Positions 1-12,437 of a stretch of 64,000 bases of DNA are shown here, piece after piece. Origin of the DNA: Macrostomum hystrix (taxonomy: Eukaryota > Animalia > Platyhelminthes); NCBI GenBank assembly GCA_950097015.1, contig CATNEN010000001.1:5642001-5706000 (forward strand). Direction: 5' to 3'. Numbering within the stretch: position 1 is the stretch's first letter; every line of letters starts with the position of its first letter. The notes beneath the pieces were generated by a model, which was not told the DNA's origin, ran no database searches, and saw nothing but the letters and a program-made list of their open reading frames with translations. Both the position numbers and the translations under genes were made by a program.

Positions 1-775
1 GTGATAAAATTATTATATAAAGATGACTTAATGTTTATGTTAAAGCAGTTATGATAGAATGTAATCAAAAATTTTGGTTTAATATGATTAAACAAAGTGT
101 CCAGTAAAAAAAAATTAAGGGTATATGAAGATATTATGAATTAGGCCTAACAAATATTTTATTTTCAGTTTTAAGGTTTGTCAATTGCACAAGGACCCAG
201 TAAAAATGTATCTATGAAAGACAATCCCCAAGCTAACCAACCTAAAAATATGTGTAACAGGGCTTATCACCCTATCTTTGTTTCATTTGGTAGTGTATCA
301 CTCTGGCCAATCTTACTCTTTCTTTTCCCACAACTCTGCATGTTTTTCCCAATGCTTTAAAATTGTGGTCCTGAAAAGGGCCGTTTTAACATTTAATACT
401 ACTCGATTTTTATCTCTCTGGGCTTAACACTTTAATGATAGTGTCTCATATAGGCAAGTGCTGTTTTCTTTTAAGGCTTTCACTGGTATCTTCTGCCCAA
501 TCTTCAGGGTCAACCTAAATCACGATTCAGTTTTCATGAATTCTCATTTATGAAAGTTACATTATGCACAAAAAATTTTCAAGCCCTTTCTTCTTTTCAC
601 AATAAGACTTGATATGTTTCTATATTCTGGTGAATTTTTATTTTTTAGTCTATAAAAATGTGAGAAAAGCATTTCTAAAATGAACCCACTAGTTTGCCTG
701 CCAAATTTCTCATTGCTAAATTGTCATCTAATTCAATTGCAGCTCTACTAAGCGATAACATTTTCTAAAGTTACA

Positions 776-1105
776 ATGGCAGCAGCGGCAGCTCAGGTAG
801 CTACAAAGGCAGCAAAAAAGTTTCTGCCTCTGTTTGATCGCGTCCTAGTGCGCCGATTCGAACCCGAGCTCAAGACTAAAGGCGGCGTTCTCCTACCAGA
901 GAAGTCCATGGGCAAAGTGCTGGAGGCCACGGTGGTTGCTGCCGGACCTGGCCGATTCACCGACTCTGGCAAGCTGCAGCCCGTTAGCGTCAAAGCCGGT
1001 GATCGAGTCCTCCTGCCGGAGTTTGGCGGCACCAAAGTTGTGCTAGATGATGTCGAGTATTTTCTGTTTCGCGATGGCGACATTCTTGGCAAGTTGGAGG
1101 CCTAA
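776..1105 (+). CDS. HSPE1: 10 kDa chaperonin (HSP10/Cpn10), intronless, 109 aa
   Basis: Motifs PLFDRVLV, TKGGVLLPE, VVAAGPG, GDRVLLPEFGG, LFRDGDILG. ATTAAA near 1193. Confidence 0.97.
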   Translation: MAAAAAQVATKAAKKFLPLFDRVLVRRFEPELKTKGGVLLPEKSMGKVLEATVVAAGPGRFTDSGKLQPVSVKAGDRVLLPEFGGTKVVLDDVEYFLFRDGDILGKLEA

Positions 1106-1544
1106 TTGAATCGGATCAGCTGTTTATAGTTGACCGTCAGTAAGACAAACAAAACTGTGCCCCAACTATTGCATCACTATTGACGTTCGCCTATTAAATA
1201 ACATCTTTTTGTACTGTTTACAGCTAGCAAGTTTTGCAATCCACTTCATAATATTTCAACTAGCCACGAGTAATAATATACAGTTCTGCGGTAACTAGAG
1301 GCAACTGAACATTTTGTTGCAGTTGGCATTTTCATCAAGTAGAATTTTACATTTATAAATATTTGCTGAGAAATTGTCTGTTTGTGTTGTTTTTTAGGAG
1401 CTTCGGGCGGCTGATTGAGAGGTCTGGATTTCGAATTTGATCACAAAGTAAACCATTTGTGTCCTTTTGCAATATGCTTGACTTTAACTAGTGCTTTAGC
1501 CAGCCATGAAATAGGAACTTGCGTAATTAGCGCCTGTGATCAAG

Positions 1545-1720
1545 AGGTGAGTGACAGAATGGTTAATGCTTGAGCTCGATTCCGCTGCGAGGCCACATTT
1601 ATTTAGTGCGATGCCGTGGAGATAAGGCTTGGGGGCTTGTCGTGAAATTTACGGCTCCAAGCCACAGTGAAAGTGCACACTGCCTGACAATGAGAAAGTC
1701 CGGGCAGATGAATACCTGCT
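1545..1720 (+). mobile_element. SINE family 2, partial copy
   Basis: B-box-like gagctcgattcc. Shares gggggcttgtcgtg...cactgcctgac.atgagaaagtc with 5620-5985(-) and 12990-13266(+). Ends approximate. Confidence 0.7.
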
Positions 1721-2495
1721 CGCCCCTCTCCTGTATAGCCTCGGATTTTTGATGCCCGGGCATTTCGCAGTGTTTATACGAGGGTAGACAGAGGTCAAGG
1801 ATAAAAATAGTCAATTCAATCGATACTTCGCGGTAGGAAAAACGCGCTTGTAATAAAAAATGTTAGTCTCGATCGAGATGTCTGATAAATCATATATTAA
1901 ATATAAATATCTGTATTAGGGGGCATAAGACAGAATAATAACTGACGAAAATACGAGAATAATACTGGGTTGCAGTACATTAAATACCAAAATAAGCATC
2001 TCAGTTCATATATTGTGTATGCAGAATTGCTTCATTCCATATAGCACATCTTCTTACCTTCAACATCCCTTTACATTTCACCATTGTAGCTAAAGGGATG
2101 CATTGCAGGCTTGTAGAAAAGCACTGTACAGGATTACTAATTAAATCACGGAAAAGCATGCAACAGTTGGAAACAATATACTTCCCTATCAGAAGTATCT
2201 ATGCTTTTAGTAATGCACTTGCACCGGACAATCAATTCCAGCATTACCAACGTCGAAACAATAGGAAGAGGCAAGAGTTTTTAACAGCAGCTAAACTACT
2301 ATAGTGGTTGCACTAAAGTTAACGAAAATAGTCCATCTGAAAATTATGCAAAATGTTGGTATACTGAATAGCATAGGCACCGATCGCGTAAAATAACACA
2401 ATCACATTTTATCTTGAATGGAGGTCGCTTGTGTCCGGTTTTTGCTAAAAAACGAATTTATGATTGTTAGTTCGGATATCTTCAGTGTCCTGGAA

Positions 2496-5400
2496 TCAAC
2501 TAAGTTGTGCCGCGATACCTTCATCATTTACTGAATAAACAATATGAAATAGTTTGTTAGTTGTCTCATCGGTGTCTATTTCAGCACTCGTGTAGCCATT
2601 TTTTTTCTGCTTGTACTTATTGTACGATATGGTCGCGAAAACTAGTGCAATTAGGAAACAGATGCCAATCACAATGCAAACAGAAATGACAACTAGGTCA
2701 GGTGAGGTAGGTCCCGAAGATCCGCCAGATGGTTCAACGGTTTCCATCTGACAATCCATCTCCTTCGGCAGAAGATTGTCTCGCTGACAGTGGTTAGCCA
2801 GCTTGTTGGCCATTTTTGAGTCATGATTAGTTAACAGCGAGGACCCGTTGGCTGCGTGCGGCGATATTGGAAAAGTCAAATAAACTTGTATTTTCGATAT
2901 AAACATTATGAAATTATTCAAATCATTGGTCTGAGAGTGGAGAAAGAAAAATAATATTAAGGTTTTAACCGTGTATAAATCTGAAAACAAATTTCAGATT
3001 TATACGAGCTACATGTTTTTCTAGTTCATGTCGATAAACTACTCACGGAAGTAAATGCAACCAGGAATTGTCTCGCTTCGCTTGCACAATGAGCAGTGCA
3101 GTGTGTTGGTGTAGGAGAGAACTCGCACCTGCATATACGCGTTTGCAGTACAAGATCGGAATTTATAAAACCTGTTAATAAAAAATAAATCGTATACTAT
3201 AACAGAACATTGTGGCCCAGTTTTTATAGCCTCGGATTTCTAAACAAGAGGTCGGTAGTTCGCATCTCAGACAGTGAGAATGAATTGTGTCCGCGAGCAA
3301 GACACTTGATAATTTGTACTAAATCAGTTCAACCAGCTGTAAAAGTGTACTTGAAGAGTCCCCCAGTCCATGGACCATGAAGAGCTGTCTGTGGCACTGT
3401 TTGTGCATGTGGCCAATGAGGTGTCATTATATTTCTCTTTATATCTATCTGGCAGCAGGGGTCGGAAAACTCCGGCGCGTGGGCCAGTTGCGGCCCTCGA
3501 AGCTCCGAAATTCAGCCCGTTGCTCCTTCCAACACCTATATAGTAACCTGTCTCTCCTTTTCCCTGTTTTATCTCTCTCGTATCTGGAGATGTAAAGTCT
3601 CATCTCTCCTCAATCTCATCTCTCCCGGGTCTCATCTATTCTCTGTCTCGCCCATCTCCTGTCTCGTCTATCTCGTGTCTCGTCTCTCATGTGTCTCATC
3701 CATCCTCCATCCCCTATCTCAATGGGGGCGAGTGGGTCAGCGGCTAGCGTCGCTGCCTCGCACTCCAATGGACGCTAGTTCGATTCTCCCCTTAAGTCAC
3801 GATTAATTTCGGGACTTGTTCGAGTGTTTGGACAGTAGCGACCGGCGGAGGTGCACCATATTTCGTGCAATCAAAGCTTGAAATAATAGCTTCGCTCCTA
3901 CCTTTCTGTGTGCCTGTTCTGCGTTGCGTGAGTTGTGTGCGTTGGCGCTGTGGCGTGAGGCATTGCGGGGGGTGGCTGGGGGGCGGGTTTACACTGCGAC
4001 CGTCAGCGTGATTGGATAAGTGTGCACTCATCACCCGACCCCCCTGAGGACTGATTTCATATCAGCCTTCCGCCCCGGCTTGGTCTGCTCTGTGCGTGTG
4101 GGGCTGGGGTGGGTGCACTGCTGCCTATTCTGGGTGCCTCCTGCCCTCCCCGGCTGGTCTGTGCTGCTGTGTGTGGTGCCTGCTCAGGGGAGGCGGCGCG
4201 ATGGGCGCTAAGCGCCTAGTTCGCCGGTCTGGGGGCGTGCCGCTCCGTCGCTTGTGCGACAAGTGCCCCGGGCCCCCTGCAAATAGATAGAGAGATAGAG
4301 CGATCCCCTATCTCATCTCTTCCCTGTCTCATGTCTCTCCTTTCTCATATTCCTACAGTTAATGCGGCCGGCTGTCGTCTTTAAGGTTCTCTCTGTGGGC
4401 CGCACGATAATAAGCTAGCCGACCCCTGAAGCAAAATACTAGCTACCGGATGTTGTATAGGCTTACGTCGGCCTTAAATCCTTCGCAATCCAGCGAGCAG
4501 TGGTATCTGATGCCGGAGAAATTGACACAAGCAAAACCAGTTGCAACATCGACCAGTTTCTGTAGCTGTAAAAAAGCAGGGATTTGCAAACTTATTAGCA
4601 AACGGGCTAAAGAGCGAACCTAAAAGACGTTAGCGGGCCGCATTGACTGTAGAAAAATGAGATGGGGAGAGATAAGACACGAGAGAGACGAAGCACAGGA
4701 GAGATGAGACACGAGAGAGATACGACACGAGAGATATAAGACACGGGAGAGACGAGACGGAGAGATGAGACACGGGAGAGAAGAGACAGGGGGTCGGATG
4801 AAACAGGATACTATAGGTGTCGGAAGGGGCAACTTCCGAAGCGTACCGGGGTTGGCCGGTGCCTGATCTAGAGTTTAAGAGAATCAATTCAAGATACACC
4901 TTTTACTGAATGCAATGGGTAAAACGTGGAGACTTGACAGAATTTTCTAATGTCGTTCATAAAATATAACTTTATTGCAGTTACATATATATAAGACCCA
5001 AATTGACAGAAAAATTAAAAAACCCTAAATATATTTCGGAAAATATTTATCGACTTTTATCCGATTGAAGTCCTGTAAAGGGACGTTGAGATTGATGTGT
5101 ACACGACCTGTAAATACACTATGACAGCACAACACGCTCACCTGGTGGAAATTAAAATTAGACGAGTCTTTAAGGTTGTTGCTACTTTTCGGCAGCACTC
5201 GGACCTGCAATTCATGCCACGGCACCAGCGGTGGATGGAAGCAGACTCTAGCCTCACCGTGGCAGAACTTCAGAGACACGCTGGTATTCCAGGAATGAAG
5301 AACTTTATCCTCTGTGTAAGGCACATTGATTTAATTATAATAGATAATAGATAGAAAGAACACCAACCCCTTGATGTACACATATGGAACTATAAACGCT

Positions 5401-6378
5401 ATAAAATACTGTCCATGGACTATAAACGCTATAAACTACTGTCCATGGACTATAAACGCTATAAACTACTGTCCATGGACTATAAACGCTATAAACTACT
5501 GTCCATGGACTATAAACGCTATAAACTACTGTCCATGGACTATAAACGCTATAAACTACTGTTCATGGACTATAAACGCTATAAACTACTGTCCATGGAC
5601 TATAAACGCTGCCCATAATAATGCAAATAACTGCAGGAGGACTGCGAGCAATGGCACATCATTTGGTGACACTAGACCCGCCAGCCATCGGGGAGACGAT
5701 TCTGCCCATTCCGCTGACTCCTGAGCACACACGCAAAGAGATCCTGTATGTAGGCTCACGCTCACACAGGTGTGTACATCTACCATGACTTTCTCATCGT
5801 CATTCGTGTACATCGTGTGCACTCTCACTGCGCCTTGGAGGTTGGCCCTCAAGGGCATAAATTGCACGACAAGCCCCCAAGCCTTCTCCCCACAGCTGCA
5901 CCCCAAATGAATGTGGCCTCGCCCCGGAATCGAGCTCAGGAACCTTGGTACGAGAGTCAAACGCGCGCTCTGTCACTCACCCCTCTGGAAGGCTGCCTAA
6001 CCGACACGAAAAACTACTCTGATGTTTAAATTAGAAAATTAAATTTGTCCTGCTCAAAGACGCAATTGTTCACATTATGGGCTGCAAGCTATTCTCATGC
6101 ATTATTACAAACTAATTATTTTTGAAATTTGAATAATTTAGTGAACTAACTCTCATAACTGTTTTCTTGTTCTTGTTCGATCAACAGAAAAAACTAATCG
6201 ATGAAATATGACTTCGTTATTATTTAAAATAAATTAGGCTTACCTTCTGAGTAAACGAGTCCAGAATTTTCTGGCAGGAAGTCAACCTTCCGTTGCCCCA
6301 TGACTGTCAGGTTGAGTAGGAGTACTACTGCCAGAAACTGGATTACGGCTACATCGACGAATGACATTGCTATGCGCA
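2496..6378 (-). CDS. Orphan multi-exon single-pass type I membrane protein; internal exons unresolved
   Basis: Exon 1 (~6378-6244) encodes a signal peptide (MRIAMSFVDVAVIQFLAVVLLLNLTVMG) with G|gtaag donor, in phase with the acceptor at 5311 (EDKVLHSW...). Candidate exons 4560-4468 and 3171-3047. Last exon from 2930 or 2980 to 2496 has TM segment LVVISVCIVIGICFLIALVFATISY plus basic KYKQKK. Confidence 0.55.
3247..3410 (+). mobile_element. CORE-SINE family 1, partial copy
   Basis: gcaagacactt...cagttcaaccagctgtaaaa and ccccagtccatggac shared with the copy at 7420-7670. Confidence 0.65.
3456..4428. mobile_element. Non-autonomous hAT-like MITE with CT-rich interior; contains a nested SINE
   Basis: TIRs CAGGGGTCGG (3456-3465) and CCGACCCCTG (4419-4428). 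Subterminal GCGGCCC/GGGCCGC motifs. No clear 8-bp TSD. Confidence 0.7.
3722..4302 (+). mobile_element. tRNA-headed SINE family 3, young insertion with 13-bp TSD
   Basis: Perfect direct repeat ATCCCCTATCTCA at 3709-3721 and 4303-4315. A-box-like tgggtcagcgg, B-box-like agttcgattct, GC-rich body, (GATA/GA) tail. Confidence 0.85.
4577..4865 (-). mobile_element. Second, inverted and degenerate copy of the hAT-like MITE
   Basis: Reverse complement of 3520-3700 and 4316-4420 segments (tataggtgtcggaagggg vs tccttccaacacctata; gccgcattgactgtag vs ctacagttaatgcggc). CAGG...CCTG ends. Confidence 0.65.
5389..5610. repeat. 30-bp minisatellite, ~7 copies (TATAAACGCTATAAACTACTGTCCATGGAC)
   Basis: Near-perfect tandem units seen directly. 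Confidence 0.97.
5620..5985 (-). mobile_element. SINE family 2, near full length
   Basis: Reverse complement aligns with 12990-13266. Head has gagctcgattcc; tail is TTA-rich. Confidence 0.8.
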
Positions 6379-7419
6379 TTTACGCGTATGTCTGGCTCGC
6401 CATTAGTTCATCTATTAGATGTCGAACTAAAGTTAGCCTCTGTTTTAATAGACTTTCCAATGTTCTGTTAACAGAGCAGTGGAGACGTATTTTCAGTAGC
6501 CAGATTTCATTTAATAGGCATGCATAACTATACACATGTGCAGATCCTTGTAAGCAAAATTTTGTTACCAAAGACTGAATTGTTGCGCTGCAGAATATAT
6601 ATTTTTTCACGGGCTTGTTTTAGCTGTCAAAGAACTGAGCTGAAAATTAAAAACAACACTGCATAATACTTCCATTCGCTTTCGCGCTTAGCTTTTCAGC
6701 TGTTTATGCAAAGAAAAATTTTGAGTCCCGTACAAAACTTCTCACACTCAGCCTCTTATTGTACATATGAGCTGAGTCTAAACTTCCAATAAAAATTCTT
6801 GCCAAGCTCAAGGCAATTTACTCACTGTTCAAGCTACACCCAAGTGTCAAAATGATCACAAGCGCAATGCTTCATAAAATACCAGACCCTTCGCTGCTTA
6901 AGACAGAGAACAGAAAGAGCTGAAAAGAGCTGGACTATAGCACAACTAAGAATAATGAAAGCTCATAAATCATTTTTTATGCTTCTGCTGTTGAAATGGC
7001 TGTAATTATATTGACATCTTCTCCATTAGTCCTTGGTCCAACCTTGGTTAAGTAGCAAAACCAAAATTCGACAAGTAAATTCACAAGATGCCAGAAATAT
7101 TACGAATAATTATAGTGTATTGTGTCTCGTATTATAAAAGCATGGACAGACCAGTCAGTTGTCCTGCTATGAATTTGTTATGTAGGAAAGTAAATTATTC
7201 ATAAAACAATTGAGCCGCAACAGAATATTTGGTAGCTGGACATTGAATCAAAAATATCTGAAAAAAGGTTGCCTTTTAAGACTGTCTGATATGAGATTAG
7301 ATGTTTTAAGATGAGATTGATAAACGTCCGATGTATTGAGAGGAGATGGATTGAGATTAAATGTTGTAATAACGTATATGAGTTAGTTTAAGATGAGATC
7401 AGACGAGCCTCGTATATGA

Positions 7420-7670
7420 GGTGGTAGCCTTGTGGTTAGAGCGTCGGACTGACGACTTGAAGGTCGGAGGTTCGATTCCGACTCCACTGGAACAATTCGT
7501 GCCATTTAGCAAGACACTTGAATCTGCATTTCTTCAGTTCACCCAGCTGTTACATGGGTTCCAGCATTTAACAGTACTGGGGTAATTGAGGGTGGGTGTG
7601 GCGTCCCCCCAGTCCATGGACTGAACAGCCGTCCAATAGCTGCGGCTGTGCTGTCGGCTGGGCATCTGAC
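7420..7670 (+). mobile_element. tRNA-derived CORE-SINE family 1
   Basis: A box tagccttgtgg, B box ggttcgattcc, then gcaagacactt...cagttcacccagctgttacatggg resembling the MIR/CORE domain. Several copies in window. Confidence 0.85.
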
Positions 7671-8370
7671 CCAATTGTTTAGTTTTACAAATTATATTGA
7701 GATGATAGGATTAATTAAATGTCTGGAAATTAATAAAAAGTCAAGTTGTTCCGAAGTGTCAAATTGTCTATTGAAGATTAGGCACAACAATATTATAATT
7801 GAAATGGGAAAGTCCGACCAATAGGCAGAAGGCGAAGTGGAAGCTTCAAGCGGAGATACATAGATATGACAAAAGTTACAAATTATTTATAACTATAACA
7901 AACGATGATTTACATATACACAGAACCTGTTCAACCAATGGGACCAGAAGACAATATTTGAAAGAAAAAAGAGGTTCCATGACCAGCGTTTAGAAACGGG
8001 GATGGCCGTTAAACATTTACGTGATCACCTCAATACGAAATAAACACTTAATACTCGTACCTTAATTGTTGTTTATAGAAGCCACAAATACGATAAACAA
8101 AAATAAACGGTCATAAAAATCACACTGAGATTTTTAGTTAATTTACTTAGCGCTTTTCATGTCATTCCAACTAGTAAACATCTTATTTTAGTTGACATTA
8201 TTATCGATTAGGTCAACTAATGTTGCTTAATGCTATCCCAAGCTCCGATAAAACATCCCGAGAGTATCATGCTATGCTCATTATTCATCACATACAAAGA
8301 AGTAAGTATTGCAGCAGCATCAACCATTCATTGTGGAGATTTCAATATGAATAAAATAAGAAAACACTTT

Positions 8371-10363
8371 CTAAGACTTCATATCTCTCAGCTTCGACAT
8401 GGCGTCACGAAATAAGTCTTTGTACTTGGGCCGGTAGTCTTGGTTCACAAGGCGCTTTCTCTCCGACCTAGTTTCCTCAGCAAATATGCCCGTCAGCTTC
8501 TGCTCGAATGCGGCTTTACTTAATTCGCCGAATCCTTCATCGCTAATGCTGGGAGTCTGGGACTGAGCCTGGGCCATTGACACTCTAGCCTGCTTGCCCG
8601 CTAGCAACTGCTCGTACTCAACAACTAGCTTGTTGTATTGGTCGTTCAACTCCGTCAGCAGGGATATCTCAGCCAGAGCGGTGTCGGCCAGCTTCTTGGT
8701 GGCACCGAGGCGGGACAGATTCTCTCTGGACGAGAACACGGTGCCGCCAGACTGCAGCAGGGCACAGTCGGCGTCGCCGCGTATCTGCTGCACATCCGAT
8801 TCAATTGGCGATGCCAAGTCGTCGCCGCCGCCACAACCGCCGGAGAAATGGTCCACCCCGACCTGCAGGAATTCTTCGAATTCGTCAGCATCCTTCAATG
8901 GGCGATATGTGGGAGGCGGTGGATGGCGTTGCAGCCGCTGCTGATGAGTCAGCTGGACCTGCTGCTGCTGCTGACGCAGTAGTGCGCACTCCTGGCGCGC
9001 CAGTTCTGCCTCCTGCTCTGCTGCGGCCAGCTCGGCTAGAAGGCGTCGATTTTTTGCTTCACTGCGAGCCAGAGCAATGGAGCTCGCGACAGTTTGCGAA
9101 TCTGCGTCGTCAATCGGAGGCAGATGCGGATAGCTGGAGGTTCGAGACACTGTTGGTCTGGTCAAACGGCCCAATCGTCGTAATTCGTCACCCCGATCGA
9201 TTCGATCGATACCGATTCGCTCCATGACAGAGGTCTTGCTCGCTGCGGCTGAGGCGGCAGCGGTAACGGCGGCTGAGGCGGCATCTCGCTGCTCTAATTG
9301 CTGAGTGAGCTCCTCAACTCGAGCCTCCAAGCCGGAGCACTGCTTTGCTAGTGCCGCTGCCCGCTCGCGAGCCGCAACCCTCTCAGCTATCAACTCCCGA
9401 TTGCGAGCTTCAAGATCAAGGCACTGTCTATCCACTTCTTCCACCATGCGCGCTTTGCCATCGTTTAGGCCGCGCAGTGTCTGCACCTGGCGAGCCAGAA
9501 GCTCAATCTCCTGGGCCTGATGCTCGCAGAGTCCACGCAAGCCGGACAGTTGAAGCTCTAGGTCTCGATTGCGTTCTAACAGTGCCTTGCCTGTAAGTTG
9601 TTGTAGTTTTGTGAGATACCAGAATTTAAAAGTTTGCCCAGCACTTTGACATATAACAAAATAAAAAAAAACGAGTTAAAGAAACTCGTTGTTACTAGGG
9701 ACTGTTTGCACTGTAGCATCTATCGGCGACAGTCTAACCCAGCTCTTACACACACACAGGGGTGTATCTCCGCATTGACTTTATTATCGTCGTAGCTACT
9801 GCACCCTAAATTTATTTGGCTTCGCCGTAGATTCGAGCTCAGGACTTTGTTAAGATGTTTGCCGCTCTGCCACCGTTATAGTCAAACAAGGTACGACTTA
9901 ACTGTGGTTTTTTAACTTATTACATTCGCACTTGCTCGTTGCACATGAAAACCAATGTGCGTAGAGACCAAACTGAGTGCCGCCATAACTTACCTAACTC
10001 GGCAGCCAAAATGAGATCATTCTCGTGCCAGGTAGCACTGTCCACCAATGAGCAGGCCTCAGCCTCGGCCTCGACTTCGTCAATTGAAGCGTCTCCAAAG
10101 TCTGCCGGCATTGGCAGCGGTGACGTCGGAGTCTCGGCTGCACCCAACTGCGCCAAGTCGTGCTCACCCGAGGCGGTGGCAAGGCCAAAAACGCAAGTCG
10201 GACCTTCGACGCCGCTTTGTTGACGCTGATATTGACGCTGCTGCTGCTGCTGCTGTCTTCCATAGAGTCCAACGGAAGCCGCTGTGTCTAATGTCCACTG
10301 GAGTGTCATTGCGTGCCTAGGAGGGACTGGCGACTGGGGCGGAACGTAATTTGTTCCCGACAT
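8371..10363 (-). CDS. CDR2: CDR2/CDR2L (centrocortin)-like coiled-coil dynein adaptor; exons 10363-9994 and 9590-8371; 529 aa
   Basis: Splicing joins DLILAAELG|KALLERNRDLE (CC1-box AAxxG). HQAQEIELL coiled coil. C-terminal PKYKDLFRDAM matches the family PEYKALFKEI motif. Exon lengths sum to a multiple of 3. Confidence 0.9.
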
Positions 10364-11184
10364 GTTGGCATTTACTAATTGAAAGCTAAAACAACTAATT
10401 TACTGTTACCCAACACAAAAATGGGTTGAGAGGGAGCAGTTCAAAAAGTTGTTCTTTTTCTCTAAATGAAACAAATAATTATCTGTCTTGCCTTCTGCCT
10501 GTTTTTTAACAGTCTTCTGCTTTCGCTTTACTGATAGCAATTAATTTTATTCTGGCCTTGCCAGACAGAAAATACCAAGAAATTCTAAAAGCGGCGGAGA
10601 GAGGAAAGCGTGCCAGACTTACACGTTTAGTTTAATTCTTTCAGCTAACGTGTGTTTAAACTCCTGACCCGCTCCTCCGCAAGCCAACGACCGCCTCTCA
10701 CTGTAGTATTAACTGATTTTGCATGGGTATATGTGCGTGTTTCGGTTCCACCCCACACATGCGCAAGCGTTTTGACGGCAGTGGGGAGACCACTGGCGAG
10801 ACATGATGGGTGGGGTGGGTGAGCCGCTTAATGTACATAATGATCCATATGTACATGAGTTTTTCTTCCATTTACTCACACACACAGTTCTTGTTGGGCC
10901 CCTTGAGAAAGGCAGGAAATCATATTTGCGGGGTGGATGTGGGTCCAGGGTGGGGAGACAAGCGCACAAACTAAACCTTATTGGCTTAGCAAACCTCCCT
11001 GCATGGCATTTTAACCCTTGGATCAAAGATTGGTAATTTGTCGGAGATTATAGTGAATCATTATAATTACGAGCATAAATGCCACGTCGTGTAAATACAG
11101 GTCTCTAACAACTGCCACATCTGGAATTATTTCCATGCAAATTCAATAACAAAACGGATGTCTGCATCAATCAATTAAAGCTAC

Positions 11185-11825
11185 AACTCATCTCTCCTTT
11201 CTCGATAATCTTAACCGTGTCTTATCTCATCTTGACTCATCTCTTTCCTGTCTAATGTTTTCCTGTATCATCTCTCCATTGTCTCATCTCTCCTCTGTCA
11301 CATCTCTCCCCCGTCTTATCTCTCCCTTGTCTCATCTCTCCCCTGTCTTATCTCTCCCATGTCTCATCTCTCCCCTGTCACATCTCTCCCCCGTCTCATC
11401 TCTCCCCTTTCACTTCTCTCCTCTGTCTCATCTCTCCTCTGTATCATCTCTCCCCTGTCTTATCTCTCTTCTGTCTGATCTCTCCTCTGTCGCATCTCTG
11501 CTCTGTCTCATCTCTCCCCTGTCTTATCTCTTCTCTGTCTCATCTCTCCCCTGTATTATCTCTCCCTTGTCTCATCTCTCCACTGTCTCATCTCTCCTCT
11601 GTCGCATCTCTCCCCTTTCTCATCTCTCCCCTTTCTCATCTCTCCCCTTTCTTATCTCTCCATTGTCTCATCTCTCCACTGTCGCATCTTTCCTCTGTCA
11701 CATCTCTCCCCGCCTTATCTCTCCCTTGTCTCATCTCTCCCCTGTCTTATCTCTGCTCTGTCTAATCTCTCCCGTGTCTCATCTCTTCTCTCATATCTCA
11801 TCTCTCATCTGTCTAATCTCTCAAG
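11185..11825. repeat. CT-rich degenerate minisatellite (~17-bp TCTCATCTCTCCCCTG-type unit)
   Basis: Seen directly. Same unit as the interior of the hAT-like MITE. Confidence 0.93.
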
Positions 11826-12437
11826 TCGTGAGTCCGACGCTATAACCACGAGACTACGACCCCCAACACTCAACTCCCAATGAGTATACTTAAAGTAGTA
11901 TATTATCTTAGCTAAATAACAGACATTTTAATTTCAACTTTAAATTTCAGGTGATAACTTGAATATATTTTAGGGAAACATGAAAAAGTACTTATATTTT
12001 AATGGATCATTGAGTAAGAAATTGTACAGATAAGAAAGGCTGGTTATTTTACCCAGCAGATGTTGAAAACTAAGCTTACGGAGACGCCCATGCAAAGTAC
12101 GATTTAATGATCGAATAGATAAATTCCCAAATTTGATGTAAAGTGCATGCGACACATTTAGCGATTGTTTTAGAAAGTGAAATCATACGAGTACTAAGCA
12201 AAAATGTGCAGTGAAATACGTCAAGTAAATGTAAATATCTAGACACTGCGAATCCTTGCTGGTTAATCCGATCGACTAAGATTGGTGGCAGTGACCCAGC
12301 CAATAGCAGCTTTAGCAGCTCAGTAATAAACAGCTTACCTCTTACAAACAACTATGATACTTCAGTGGTTTCATCACATAGCAGATGCAAATAAATTTGA
12401 ATCATCCAAGACAAGCGGAAATAGCCTGTTCTTCAGA

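Noticed and set aside
1-775. Head-to-head HSP60 partner of HSP10
   Set aside because: No HSP60 coding sequence seen in the available upstream DNA; cannot be assessed beyond the window edge.
6260-6290. DFLPENSGLV resembling iGluR A DLYPENSGIL
   Set aside because: Short match with no flanking similarity; likely chance.
7420-7490. tRNA genes at A/B-box sites (also 3722, 34592, 63350)
   Set aside because: They continue into shared SINE bodies and lack a clean cloverleaf.
8594-9596. Plus-strand ORFs overlapping CDR2, and antisense ORFs repeated in the iGluR cassettes
   Set aside because: Shadows of GC-rich coding sequence; their recurrence simply follows DNA identity.
11255-11845. 196-aa Ser/Leu/Pro ORF (also 40065-40638)
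   Set aside because: Low-complexity repeat translations.
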